DNA of 64,000 bases from Phycisphaerae bacterium (GTDB lineage Bacteria > Planctomycetota > Phycisphaerae > UBA1845 > Fen-1342). The stretch lies in assembly GCA_963675745.2 (NCBI GenBank), contig CAXXWX010000027.1:64001-128000 (forward strand), read 5' to 3'. A model generated the notes under the pieces. That model did not search any database and had not been told where the DNA came from. It saw only the letters and a program-made list of their open reading frames with translations. How positions within the stretch are numbered: the stretch's first letter is position 1; each line of letters opens with the position of its first letter. Positions 1-9,718 of the stretch are shown here, piece after piece. The position numbers and the translations under genes were made by a program.

Positions 1-329
1 GCACCCACGGCGTGGCCGGGGGCCATCGGTTCGGCATGGGGGATCGACGGCGCGTGTGGCTCAGCGTCGACATGCCCGGAGGCGGCAGCCGCTTCGCTGT
101 GCTGCTCCTCGGCGCCGTGGTGCGGAAAGCCGACGCCGCGAAACTGGTAGTAACACAGCGTAATCACCGCCAGGATGGCGGCGATCAGCAGCTTGCTGGA
201 GTTCTGCTCCCACCAGTGATGCGTCTGCCGCAGCAGTGGGAGTATCGCGATCGCCAACAAGATCGCGACAAATGGCCATACCCATAACAGGCTGGGTACA
301 TATCCATCGGCAGCGAGCATGCATATCAT
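1..329 (-). CDS. Putative sodium:proton antiporter / IT-superfamily (CitMHS-like) transporter, 5' part only (runs off window start)
   Basis: Not in the ORF track. Hand translation from ATG at 329 (GGAG upstream; alternative ATG at 320) gives MICMLAADGYVPSLLWVWPFVAILLAIAILPLLRQTHHWWEQNSSKLLIAAILAVITLCYY followed by a His-rich stretch, open to the window edge. The PF..LLAIA.LPL....HWWE.N pattern is recalled from this transporter family. Confidence 0.7.
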   Translation of the reverse strand, partial: MICMLAADGYVPSLLWVWPFVAILLAIAILPLLRQTHHWWEQNSSKLLIAAILAVITLCYYQFRGVGFPHHGAEEQHSEAAAASGHVDAEPHAPSIPHAEPMAPGHAVG

Positions 330-552
330 GCTTGATTGTCTCCACCCACAGAGTTGCCGTGTAAACGCCGGTTCGGCTCTCGTGTATTCGCGAGGCCCGG
401 TCAGGTTCGATCAGGCGGCGGGGCGCAGACCGCACGCCCACCGACTTGCATTCGGAGGCAAAACATCCGATGCTCCGCGCCTGCGGGAGTTTACGCGACC
501 AACGACGACGTGGCGAGCCACTCGTGTTCGAAACCCGACGAGAAATGTTCAG

Positions 553-1509
553 ATGATGCTCTGGGACATCCTCACGCTGATCGGTGGCCTGATCGTCCTG
601 GGCATTGGCGGCGAAGCACTCGTGCGCGGCGCCAGCGGGCTGGCGCGCAGCCTGGGCATCTCGGCCCTGGTGGTCGGGTTGACCGTCGTGGCGTTCGGGA
701 CATCCGCCCCCGAATTGGCCGTCTCGGTCACATCCTGCCTGAAAGACCAGGACGCCCTGGCCATCGGCAACGTGGTGGGCAGCAACATTGCCAACGTTCT
801 GCTGGTGCTCGGGCTGGCGGCACTGGTCAGACCGCTCGCCATCTCCCTCAACGTGCTGCGCGTCGACTCGCCGGTCATGCTCGGATCGGCGTTGCTCTTC
901 GCGGCATTCTCCCTGGCCGGCGGAGCGGTGCTGCGCTGGCAGGGGGTCGTCCTGCTCGCGGTGCTGATCGCGTATCTATACCTGACCTATGTGCTATCCC
1001 GGCGTGAACCGAGAACCGTCAAGGACGAGTACGATCAAGCTCTCGCACCCGAAGGATCACGCATCCTCCAAATCGTCATGATTCTGGTCGGCCTGGCGGG
1101 TCTGAAGTATGGCGCTGATTTCATTGTCAGCGGCGCGGTCGGGATCGCCGAGCAGTTCAGACTGAGCCCGCGGCTGATCGGCATGACGATTGTGGCCGTC
1201 GGGACCAGCCTGCCTGAGATCGCCACGTGCATCGTTGCCGCCAGGCGCGGTCAGCCCGACATCGCCATCGGCAATATCGTCGGCAGCAACATTTTCAATA
1301 TCCTGTCCGTGATCGGCGTTGCCGCGGTCGTGGCGGCACCGGTCGAAGTAGCGCCGGCGGCGTTGCACTTCGATGTGCCGGTGATGATCGTGACCATGGC
1401 GCTGGCGTGGCCGATGATGTGGACAGGACGCCGGATCACTCGGGGAGAGGGGCTGTTCCTGCTCGCCCTTTATGCCGGCTACCTGATCATGACGGTCCGC
1501 AAGGGTTAA
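553..1509 (+). CDS. Calcium/sodium antiporter (CaCA family, YrbG-like)
   Basis: Two alpha repeats GTSAPEL / GTSLPEI and GNVVGSNIAN / GNIVGSNIFN; about 10 hydrophobic segments. Start moved from 319 to the ATG at 553. Confidence 0.93.
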   Translation: MMLWDILTLIGGLIVLGIGGEALVRGASGLARSLGISALVVGLTVVAFGTSAPELAVSVTSCLKDQDALAIGNVVGSNIANVLLVLGLAALVRPLAISLNVLRVDSPVMLGSALLFAAFSLAGGAVLRWQGVVLLAVLIAYLYLTYVLSRREPRTVKDEYDQALAPEGSRILQIVMILVGLAGLKYGADFIVSGAVGIAEQFRLSPRLIGMTIVAVGTSLPEIATCIVAARRGQPDIAIGNIVGSNIFNILSVIGVAAVVAAPVEVAPAALHFDVPVMIVTMALAWPMMWTGRRITRGEGLFLLALYAGYLIMTVRKG

Positions 1510-1538
1510 CCACGCGGCGCATCGGAACAGCGCTTGCC

Positions 1539-3752
1539 TTACACTGAGTGCTCGAGCGCGCTGGCGATTTCGAGCACCTCGAATTCAACTTCCCGCCCAT
1601 CAATGGTAATCGCCACCCGTTCACCGACGCCGAGGCCCATCAGCTTCTGGGCCACCGGGGCGCGGTAGTTGTAGATGCCCCGGTCGAAATCGGCATCAAA
1701 CGGCCCGAGGAAGGTTATTACCTGTTCGCTGCCGTCGGTGAGGTTGCGCAGCGTCACGCACGTACCGATCTCGATCCGCTCGACGCCGATGCCGCGCGGT
1801 TCGATCGGGACGGCGAGCGACAGCTCGTTGTTGATGTTCGCCAACTGGGCGCGCAGGAAATCTCGCTCCTCGAGCGCGGAGGTGTATTCCGAATTCTCGC
1901 TCAGATCACCCAGGGAGGCAGCATCGCCAATCCGCTTGGCATTCTCGCGCATCTTCACATTGAGGATCTCATCGCGCTCCGCCGTGCGCCGTGCGATGCC
2001 GGCCTCGGTCGCGTAGATGATATTCTCATCTTCCCAGGCCTCGAGACGCCTGGCGGCCGGGCGGACCCACAACGCCGGATGCCGGTCGCGCAGCAGATCG
2101 AGCAACTTCGATAATGTGGTCTCACCCAACCCTTCGATCCGCTCGATCTGACGCTTGAGCGTCACGGCGCGCCCGTAGTCGGTCACGGCAAAGCACTGGC
2201 TGACCTTATCAAAGCGGCGCAGGGCCAAGGCCGCGCGCATGCGCTGGCGGAATTCGCGCACCAGTTTGACATCCGGAGTCAACGAGCGTCCCAAGGCGTA
2301 GAGCGTGTCGAGGATTTCACTGAGGAGAAACTCGTCAGCGTGGACGCGCAACCCCTCACAATCCTGGGGGCCTCTCCAAAGCCAGTACATGATGTCGGGG
2401 TATTGCACTGGGTCATCGAGCGCCCGCTCGATCCACGTCTGGACGGCGTTCAATTCGCCGCCGGCGATGGCATCCTGGGCCAGCCGGTCCAGCATGGCCC
2501 CCGGCGCGGTACCCATGAGTTGCGCCGCATAGCGGGCGCTATCATCCGGATATGCGCTGCGCAACTGCGTCAACGCCGCCTGCCACAGTGCCGCATCGTC
2601 CAGACGGGCGATGAGCTTCACCGGGTCACTGCTGGCGCGCAGCAGCGCCGCCGCTCGCGACCGCGACTCCTCGGTGGCCGGCAAACCCTTGGGCGCCAGC
2701 AGACTGATGATCAGCGCCGCTCCAAGCGCGTCCGACGGATGACGCTGTTTGAGTTCCTCCGCGTTGGCCAGCAACCGCGCGTGCAGGCTCTCCAACAAGT
2801 CGGCGTCTGGCGGTTCCTTATGGCCGGCCTTTTCCCGCAGATAAGTCTCGATGAGCTTCAGCCACTGCCCGGGCTCCCGGGCCCGCTCAAAAGCCTCGAG
2901 CGTCACGTCCTCAACGGTCTGCCCTTCAGCGCACCAACTGAGAATAACCGGCGCGCGGCCCTCCATGTTTATGTGCTTGGCGCGCTTGAGCTTCGCGCGC
3001 GTTTTCGTCCACCACTTTGTCCACGCCTTCGCGTCAAGGTGCCGCGGCACGAGCTCATCCCGCAGCATATCCTGGTCGATGTGTTCGCCGCGCGAGTGCA
3101 ACAAACCGGTGACCAGCGCCACCGGGTCGTGTTCGATCAATTCGACCAGACGCTCGGGCTGCAATTGGCGCAGCACGCGAAAATCGTCGCGATCCACGCG
3201 GTCATAGTTGCGCGCCAGCTCGGCCGCGGGAATCGTCGTCTTACGGGCCTCGCGGTGCAGTGTGAAGAGGCCGTTGGGGCGATCAAGCTCAGCCACCTCG
3301 ACGGCATGATCATCCATCCGGTTGACCAGAAAGTCCCCGACCTCCAGCGTCATGCCCAGATCGAGAATATTGCACGCCACACGATAGGCGCGACCCGTCT
3401 CGAGGCCGGAGGCGGCCAGAATCTGCGCAAACCCCGGGCGGTCGCCATACGCGCGCCGGTAGGCTTCGCACAGCCGTTCGCGCAGCACATTGCTCTGCGG
3501 ATCGCAGGCGATCAGCGCCTTGGCCAGCTCGATATTCCCCAGCGGGTCCGCATCCCAGTTCAGATTCTCAAACACCATCGGACCGAGTGCGACGACCCGT
3601 TGCTGCTCGCCGGCCGCCCGCAGAGCTTCGATAGGCTCGGCGAGATCGCCGGAGCCGAGCTTGCCTTCGGTAAGCAGCTCCAGGCAGCACGTGTCAAAGG
3701 CCCCGTAATCCCCATCCTGGACAAGTCTCAGCAAGCGCGATTTCGACATCAA
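1539..3752 (-). CDS. greA: GreA/GreB-family transcript cleavage factor with long N-terminal extension
   Basis: C-terminal ~160 aa carry AASLGDLSENSEY and the GreA C-domain (IEIGTCVTL...FLGPFDAD...YRAPVAQKLMG), preceded by ~575 aa of other sequence. Confidence 0.85.
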   Translation of the reverse strand: MMSKSRLLRLVQDGDYGAFDTCCLELLTEGKLGSGDLAEPIEALRAAGEQQRVVALGPMVFENLNWDADPLGNIELAKALIACDPQSNVLRERLCEAYRRAYGDRPGFAQILAASGLETGRAYRVACNILDLGMTLEVGDFLVNRMDDHAVEVAELDRPNGLFTLHREARKTTIPAAELARNYDRVDRDDFRVLRQLQPERLVELIEHDPVALVTGLLHSRGEHIDQDMLRDELVPRHLDAKAWTKWWTKTRAKLKRAKHINMEGRAPVILSWCAEGQTVEDVTLEAFERAREPGQWLKLIETYLREKAGHKEPPDADLLESLHARLLANAEELKQRHPSDALGAALIISLLAPKGLPATEESRSRAAALLRASSDPVKLIARLDDAALWQAALTQLRSAYPDDSARYAAQLMGTAPGAMLDRLAQDAIAGGELNAVQTWIERALDDPVQYPDIMYWLWRGPQDCEGLRVHADEFLLSEILDTLYALGRSLTPDVKLVREFRQRMRAALALRRFDKVSQCFAVTDYGRAVTLKRQIERIEGLGETTLSKLLDLLRDRHPALWVRPAARRLEAWEDENIIYATEAGIARRTAERDEILNVKMRENAKRIGDAASLGDLSENSEYTSALEERDFLRAQLANINNELSLAVPIEPRGIGVERIEIGTCVTLRNLTDGSEQVITFLGPFDADFDRGIYNYRAPVAQKLMGLGVGERVAITIDGREVEFEVLEIASALEHSV

Positions 3753-3892
3753 TTACTCTCGAGAACAAGCGGACCAGATAGCGCCCATATAGCCAATGCG
3801 CCCGGTACCGACGTGCCCGCGCGGGTGCGGCACGCGGCACAGGCAAGACCTGTGACCCTACGGGAAATGGTCCCTCAACGCAACCATGCGCG

Positions 3893-6800
3893 CTACGGCT
3901 GGTCGTCCTCGGCCCGGCGTTTTTCCTGGGCGCGGCGCTTTGCCTTGAGCAGACGCGAGGTGTAATCCGCCTCCGTTGTACGAGGAGCCTTGCGCGTCGG
4001 ACGGGCCACGACCGGCTGGTCGGACTCCGAGGCACCCCCGAGCGCCTCGCTCAATTCCTCGGTCACCTTGGCGTCCGGCTTCGGCGCCTCGTAGCGGGCC
4101 GAGCGGTCCGGCGCTGACCCCGCCTCGCTCGTGCCGGCCGCCGCGTGCTCCTCGCGCAGCCTCTCGCGGGCGCCTTTCAGCGTGGACAGCACGGCGGCAC
4201 TCTCCTCCGCCGGCCGACGTCCGCGACCGAGCTCGGCAATCAGACGTCGCCCCTTGCGCGCGATCTCGATCGGGTTGATCGCGATTCGGCGGACGGCCAC
4301 GTCCAGGAGGAACAGCACCAGCATCAGACGCATCAGGTCTTCCCAGACAGAGGTGCGGGACTCGGCCCGCGCCAGCCCCATACGGTCAAACAAGCTCTCC
4401 GGTCTGGCCGAGTCCACCTGCTGTCCGCCGGTTCGCTGCCGCAATTCCTCGAGCAGCGCCAGGTTGGCGGACAGCTCCTTGTATTCAGGGGAGTAAGCCA
4501 CGGCCAGGCCGGTCTGAATCGAGCCGGAGTGCGCCTGGGCTCCCTGACCCATGCTATAGGCGAGATTGACGACGTAGCTGCCGGCGTCGCGCGCGTCGTA
4601 CTCACCCTCATAGCGCCCAGGCCCCGTCTGCACCAGCCGCAGCTGCTCGACCTGGTTACCGGGCGCGATCAAGGTGCCGGTGACATCCATGAAGTTGATC
4701 GCCTCGGCGTTCTTGTCGAGGGCATCAACGCGGATCTTGGCCTTGCCGCCCTGCACGGTCGTGCTGACGTCGAAAGCCGCCGCCTCTGATTGCCGAGACG
4801 CCCAGCGAACGAGTTGGGCCCAGGTGCTGCCGTAGCGCGGCCAGGCGGTCCAGGCTTCGCCCCAGCGGGGCCACATCCCGCTGGTAAACGCGACCGTCTT
4901 GCCCAGGCCGGCCTGCCAGTGAGCCAGCACCGGGTCCTGTCCCTCATCCGTGTCGCGCACCAACGGCACCTCCGCCAACGGCTTGGCGGTCGTCACAACA
5001 TAGCCGCCCAGCTGCGGAATCGTCTCGCCCGCCAGGCCGGACACCACCGGCGTAAGCGCCGTCTTCAAGCGCGGCGTGAATTTGCCCTCGGCGATCAGCG
5101 AGCGCCGCACGATGCGCGCCTCCTTGATGAAAATCTGCGGCAGCTTGCTGAAGTTGTGGCAAGGATAGTGTTTGCCACCGGTGGCAGCGCCGCGCGCGAT
5201 GGCGGCGGCCTTCTGCACGTCGATCGGGTGCCCGCCCCAGCCAATACTGACCGTCGAGCAGGATATGTTGTTCTGCCGCATTTTCGCCAGCAACTTGGTG
5301 CCGCTACCCGCCGGGCTCAGATCAAACGCCGGGTCGAAATCGGACACCACAATCATGTGCCGGGCGGCGGCATCTTTGCGCTCGATCAGCGAGTCGACGC
5401 CCTGCTTCATCACCGCGTATAAGTCGGGCAGATCCCCCATCGACATCTTCTTGATTCGCTGGATCACCGCGGATTTGTTACCAACCGACTGAAGCGGCAC
5501 GGTCCAGTTCCGATTCTCACCGCCGACCCAATCCCAGGCCAGCACACCGACCAGGTCGCGCGTGCTCAGCGTCTTCACGGCGGCGATCGCGACGCGCTCG
5601 CCGATGTAGTTGCCCTGTGGGATTTCGCAGGCGTGCATGACCAGCACCAGGGCGCCCTTGGGAATCTGCTTCTTGGACTTGACGTCGAAGCTGACGGGCA
5701 TGACTTCCTCAACCGGGCTGCCCATCCAGCCACCCGCGCCGAACGAGTCATCACCGCCAATCATCATCAAACCGCCGCCCAACTCGCGCACATACAGCGC
5801 CAGGCTTTCCTGCTCGTCCTCCACCAGCAGGTTGGCGGGCACGTTATCGAGGATCACCAGCGAGTAGGTAATCAGGCGGTCTTGTGTCAGCGGCTGCTCA
5901 CCGGCCAACTCGATCTCGCTCTCGAGCTTTTCACGCTTCAGCGCCGCGCGCAGAATCTCGGACGACTCCCAGTTGCGCTCGGTCGTCACAATCAGCACCA
6001 TCCCCTGTCCCGACACAACCGTGAAGGCACGGCCCTCGTTGTTGGCCGAAATGACGTCGGCGCTGGTGTCGGCGGGTTCGAAAACCGCGCGAAAGCGGTG
6101 CGCGCCGGCCACGCGCAGCGGCACCGGAATCTTCAGTGCGTTGGGGCCGGGGTTAAGCTCAACCGGGTAGCCGGCGCCGAGCGGGCCGAGCGGTACCAGC
6201 CGGCCATTGTGATAAAGGTTGATACGTCCGCGGACAGGCTGCGGCGCGTTCGAACGCAGCACCATCCGCAGGTTGATCGTCTCATCCACCGCGGCGGTTG
6301 GCGGCGCGCGCAACTGCTCGAAGACCACTTCGCGCTCGTGTTCATAGATCAATGGGATCACGTCGATCGGCACGCCGGTCGAGGCCACCTGCTTGACCTC
6401 GTCCATCACCTTGCCGACGTTCTCGTTTCCATCCGAGAGTACGACCAGGCGGCGCATGGTGTCGCTGGTGAACATGGCCAGTGCCAGCCGAACCGCCGAC
6501 GCCATGTCGGTCTGGTCGGGCGCCAGCGGGTCGGCGATGCCTTTGACTTTCACCTCCGGCGCCGGGAGTTGCTCGATAGCGCTGCGCCCGTCGAACGCAA
6601 TCAGCCCGATACGGTCAGCCGGCCGCGCGCCGGCCTGGGACTGCTTGACGAGTTCGAAAGCGCGCTCCTGTAACTCCCGCGGGACACTGCTTGAGCGGTC
6701 GATCAGGAAGATGACCGACAGGTTGTCGTTGGATTTGACGCGCTGCATCCCCGCCAGCGCCAGCGCCATCAGCGCCAACACGACGCACCGCGCGATCAGG

Positions 6801-6937
6801 GCTACAACCCGCCGCGCCGGCCCCAGCCCGGCGAGCGATCGGTATGAGAGCGCGATCAGCACCGGTACCAGCAGCAACAGCAACAGGTATGCCGGCTTCT
6901 CGAACCGCACGAATGCCAACACGAGCCCATCCGCCAT
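3893..6937 (-). CDS. VWA-domain membrane protein with GATase1-like (glutamine amidotransferase-like) domain
   Basis: BatA-like N-terminal helices; MIDAS DRSSS and LSDGNEN; GGGLMMIGGDDSFGAGGW...EEVMPV; second degenerate VWA; WQAGLGKTVAFTS; C-terminal TM followed by DVAVRR. Confidence 0.85.
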   Translation of the reverse strand: MADGLVLAFVRFEKPAYLLLLLLVPVLIALSYRSLAGLGPARRVVALIARCVVLALMALALAGMQRVKSNDNLSVIFLIDRSSSVPRELQERAFELVKQSQAGARPADRIGLIAFDGRSAIEQLPAPEVKVKGIADPLAPDQTDMASAVRLALAMFTSDTMRRLVVLSDGNENVGKVMDEVKQVASTGVPIDVIPLIYEHEREVVFEQLRAPPTAAVDETINLRMVLRSNAPQPVRGRINLYHNGRLVPLGPLGAGYPVELNPGPNALKIPVPLRVAGAHRFRAVFEPADTSADVISANNEGRAFTVVSGQGMVLIVTTERNWESSEILRAALKREKLESEIELAGEQPLTQDRLITYSLVILDNVPANLLVEDEQESLALYVRELGGGLMMIGGDDSFGAGGWMGSPVEEVMPVSFDVKSKKQIPKGALVLVMHACEIPQGNYIGERVAIAAVKTLSTRDLVGVLAWDWVGGENRNWTVPLQSVGNKSAVIQRIKKMSMGDLPDLYAVMKQGVDSLIERKDAAARHMIVVSDFDPAFDLSPAGSGTKLLAKMRQNNISCSTVSIGWGGHPIDVQKAAAIARGAATGGKHYPCHNFSKLPQIFIKEARIVRRSLIAEGKFTPRLKTALTPVVSGLAGETIPQLGGYVVTTAKPLAEVPLVRDTDEGQDPVLAHWQAGLGKTVAFTSGMWPRWGEAWTAWPRYGSTWAQLVRWASRQSEAAAFDVSTTVQGGKAKIRVDALDKNAEAINFMDVTGTLIAPGNQVEQLRLVQTGPGRYEGEYDARDAGSYVVNLAYSMGQGAQAHSGSIQTGLAVAYSPEYKELSANLALLEELRQRTGGQQVDSARPESLFDRMGLARAESRTSVWEDLMRLMLVLFLLDVAVRRIAINPIEIARKGRRLIAELGRGRRPAEESAAVLSTLKGARERLREEHAAAGTSEAGSAPDRSARYEAPKPDAKVTEELSEALGGASESDQPVVARPTRKAPRTTEADYTSRLLKAKRRAQEKRRAEDDQP

Positions 6938-7002
6938 GCTGATAGCTTAACGCCCGGCGCGACTGATAGGGAAGCCGGCGCGCAAAAACGCCGCCTGAGG
7001 AT

Positions 7003-7998
7003 TCAGGGATCCGAAGGTGCAGCCGGTGCCGACAGGTTGGGGTCGGATTCGCCGGTTTGATCCGGCATGGACCAGGTGCGCTGGCGACGACCGGCAATCA
7101 CTTGGGCGCGGTTGTTGGCCGAATCGACGATGAGAATGTCGTCGCCCGGCAGGACCGCCACCCCCCACGGGGCCGCCAACTGCCCCGGTTCGCGCCCGGC
7201 GGTGCCCCAGGTGCCCAGCGACTCGCCTGACGCCGACAGCCTCTGCACGCGGTTGTTCCCGTATTCGGCGACAACGAGCGTGCCGTCCGAGAGCATGTCG
7301 ATGCCGTACGGAAAGCGGAATTCGCCCTGCCGACGGCCCTCATGCCCGAAGGTGCTCAACAAATGCCCAGCGCTATCGAAGCGGCAAATGCGGTGCTGGC
7401 AGGCGTCCGCGACCCACAAAGTGTCATCCGGCCCCATAAGCAGCCCTTGTGGACGCGCCAGCTTCGCATCCCCACCGTCGGGCCCGCCAAAGCTGAAGAG
7501 GTATTCGAGGCCGGGCGTGAACTTGCTGATGCGGTCATTGCCGCCGTACTCACCCACATAGATGTTTCCGTGCGAATCAAATGCGACATCGGTGGGCAGC
7601 AGGAATTGTCCGTCGCCGCGCCCGGATGTACCGAACCGCGTCAGTTCGCGGCCATCCGCATCGTAGACCAGCACGCGTGCGTAGTGTGTGTCGGGCACGA
7701 ATACGCGACCGTCCGGCGCAACGGCCAACCCCACCGGTTTCCCGGCCGAGAACTCCGGTAGAGACCACTCGAGCTGATACCGGCCGCGCAGATCAAAACA
7801 CTGAACGCGGGCCGATTTATCCACGACGTATATGCGTTTACTGTGGGCCGCCGCGGCGCGCGGATAGTTGAACTCACCCGGCGCGTTCCCGCCACGGCCA
7901 AAAACCAGCGTTGGCGCCGCCGCGTTTCCGACGCCGTCACCACAGCCACCCGCCAGCGCGCCCAGCACCGCGGCAAAGGTAAGCCACACAGTTTTCAT
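7003..7998 (-). CDS. NHL-repeat beta-propeller protein, probable lipoprotein
   Basis: Repeated G.F..P..VA...D..N.RVQ units; lipobox-like LAGGC after a hydrophobic N-terminus. Confidence 0.88.
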   Translation of the reverse strand: MKTVWLTFAAVLGALAGGCGDGVGNAAAPTLVFGRGGNAPGEFNYPRAAAAHSKRIYVVDKSARVQCFDLRGRYQLEWSLPEFSAGKPVGLAVAPDGRVFVPDTHYARVLVYDADGRELTRFGTSGRGDGQFLLPTDVAFDSHGNIYVGEYGGNDRISKFTPGLEYLFSFGGPDGGDAKLARPQGLLMGPDDTLWVADACQHRICRFDSAGHLLSTFGHEGRRQGEFRFPYGIDMLSDGTLVVAEYGNNRVQRLSASGESLGTWGTAGREPGQLAAPWGVAVLPGDDILIVDSANNRAQVIAGRRQRTWSMPDQTGESDPNLSAPAAPSDP

Positions 7999-8122
7999 AT
8001 GCGTGATGGCCCGAGTATTTGGCACGGCGCTGGCCGGCAGTCCGGACAACGTTGAACCCTCGCTCGGCGAAACCCTCGGCGTGCCGGACCATGCTCAGCG
8101 GCGAGTCCAGCGCCTGCCGCCG

Positions 8123-8629
8123 TCACGGCGGGTTACCGGCCTCCCGCCGCTCGGGAACCTCGGCCTCCCGCCGCGCCGCTTGTGCGCGCGCGTGCGCCTT
8201 TTCGGAGCTGGCGATTGCGATCAGCAATCGGTCAATCGAGATCTCGCCGAAGGCCGACGCCAGCACGCGTTCCTCGGGATTGAGGATCACATAGCCCGGA
8301 GTCCCCTGTATCCCCCAGCGCTCGGCCAGCGGGCGATCGATCAGAGTATCGCGGTCGAGCCGCAGGCAATACAGGTCTTTGGTGGCAGCCAATACGGCGG
8401 GGTCGCTGAGGACATCTTCCTCGAAGTTCGTGCAGGCCTTGGAATACCAGTTTCGGAAGTATACGAACATCAGCCGATCGTCGCGTTGCGCGTCGGCGCG
8501 AACACGCCCATATGGGTAATCACGCCACGCAATGCCCGGCGTGCAACCAGCACCAAGGACCAAAAGGAGAAACCACGGCGCCGCGCACATCACGCCGCCA
8601 TCTACACCCAAACACCGCCCCGACTTCAT
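8123..8629 (-). CDS. Thioredoxin-fold protein (SxxC variant), probable lipoprotein
   Basis: LMFVYFRNWYSKAC motif, cis-Pro region GIQGTPGYVIL, lipobox-like LGAGC; start uncertain (8629 or 8590). Confidence 0.7.
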   Translation of the reverse strand: MKSGRCLGVDGGVMCAAPWFLLLVLGAGCTPGIAWRDYPYGRVRADAQRDDRLMFVYFRNWYSKACTNFEEDVLSDPAVLAATKDLYCLRLDRDTLIDRPLAERWGIQGTPGYVILNPEERVLASAFGEISIDRLLIAIASSEKAHARAQAARREAEVPERREAGNPP

Positions 8630-8779
8630 ACACTGATCTCCCATCATCCGTTGCCACGTTCCTCGACGGTCGGCGTGGCAGTCACAGCTCGCCTGTGGCC
8701 GCGGCCGACCGCCAATCGAATCCGGGGCATCCATCCCGCCTGCACCCCGCAGACCGCGTACTGCATATCTGACACGCGG

Positions 8780-9436
8780 CTAGGGCTTCAGTTTGAGCGC
8801 ACAGCCGCGATTCTTCGTTTTAGGCGCCGGCACATCCTTGCCGGCGAGGATCGCATCAAGCGCTTCGGCGATATAGTTGCGATCGCCATCCGCCCGCGTG
8901 CCGGTGCCGTTGTCGTGCGCGCCCGCGTAAACCAGCGTGCCCTTGTTGATGATGAAGATGTGCGGCGTGGTTTTCGCGCCGTAGGCCCGCGCGACTTTGC
9001 CGTCCTCATCCTTCAGGATCGGGTACTTAAGCTGGTTCTCCTCGGCGTATGCCCGCAACCGCTCGGCATTCTGGTAGTCTCGGTGCTTGAGATGCGTGCT
9101 GTCAATAGCCAGCCAAACGACATCTTTCTCCACATACCTGGCGGAGGTCGTGCTCATGAGCTCGGCGGCTCCGCGTGTGAACGGACAGCGCGTGTTGAAC
9201 CACTCGAGCACCACGACCTTATCCGCCATATCGGCCAGTTGATAGGTCTTGCCATCGATCCCCTTCAACTTGAAATCGGGTGCCGGCTCGCCGATCTTCG
9301 CCCTGACGGCCTTACCGGGCTTGTCAGCGCGTGCTGCCGACTTCCGTCCGCGGTCCATCTGCGCCCAAGCGGTCGCGGCAACGAACATAATCACCGCAAC
9401 CCCGATCATCCAACCTCTTCGCGTTTGCATATTCAC
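8780..9436 (-). CDS. Secreted redoxin / AhpC-TSA-like thioredoxin-family protein
   Basis: Signal peptide ending AWA; IGEPAPDFKL, VVLEWFNTRCPF, GAKTTPH, YAGAHD, C-terminal GC. Confidence 0.88.
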   Translation of the reverse strand: MNMQTRRGWMIGVAVIMFVAATAWAQMDRGRKSAARADKPGKAVRAKIGEPAPDFKLKGIDGKTYQLADMADKVVVLEWFNTRCPFTRGAAELMSTTSARYVEKDVVWLAIDSTHLKHRDYQNAERLRAYAEENQLKYPILKDEDGKVARAYGAKTTPHIFIINKGTLVYAGAHDNGTGTRADGDRNYIAEALDAILAGKDVPAPKTKNRGCALKLKP

Positions 9437-9585
9437 GCACTCCTAGTGAGAATCAGTTGTCTGGTTACGAAAAACGCTACCGGATTGTAGTAGTCGCGTT
9501 GGCGAGCACGCCGACACCTGGCGACCGACTGGTCCCGGCGGGCCGTCGGCGCGGAGTAGCGCAGACCGGCGTTGCCGACGTTCGA

Positions 9586-9678
9586 CGGCCGGCGAGGCGC
9601 CGGCCGCTACATTTGTGGCACCGGTTTCCAACCGGTCAGCTACGCCGCGACATTTGTGGGACCGGTTTCCAACCGGTC
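9586..9678. repeat. REP-like cluster: GTAG-type palindrome plus two direct copies of acatttgtgg(c/g)accggtttccaaccggtca
   Basis: Seen directly: cggccggcgaggcgccggccgctac, then tandem ACCGGTT-TCC-AACCGGT palindromes. A related copy lies on the opposite strand at ~43407-43429. Confidence 0.75.
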
Positions 9679-9718
9679 ATTTGCGCGCTGTCGTAAACAA
9701 CCTCTGCCCTGAACGGTC

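Noticed and set aside
12..287. 91-aa plus-strand ORF at window start
   Set aside because: The opposite-strand frame encodes a convincing membrane transporter N-terminus with an SD.
2340..3965. 541-aa plus-strand ORF
   Set aside because: Antisense to the GreA-like gene; no motifs.
7868..9490. 540-aa plus-strand ORF
   Set aside because: Antisense shadow of three motif-bearing minus-strand genes; no recognisable domain; typical of high-GC DNA.
9609..9678. Two ~29-nt direct repeats resembling a mini-CRISPR
   Set aside because: Only two copies, spacer about 12 nt, no cas genes; a related copy occurs elsewhere as a REP.
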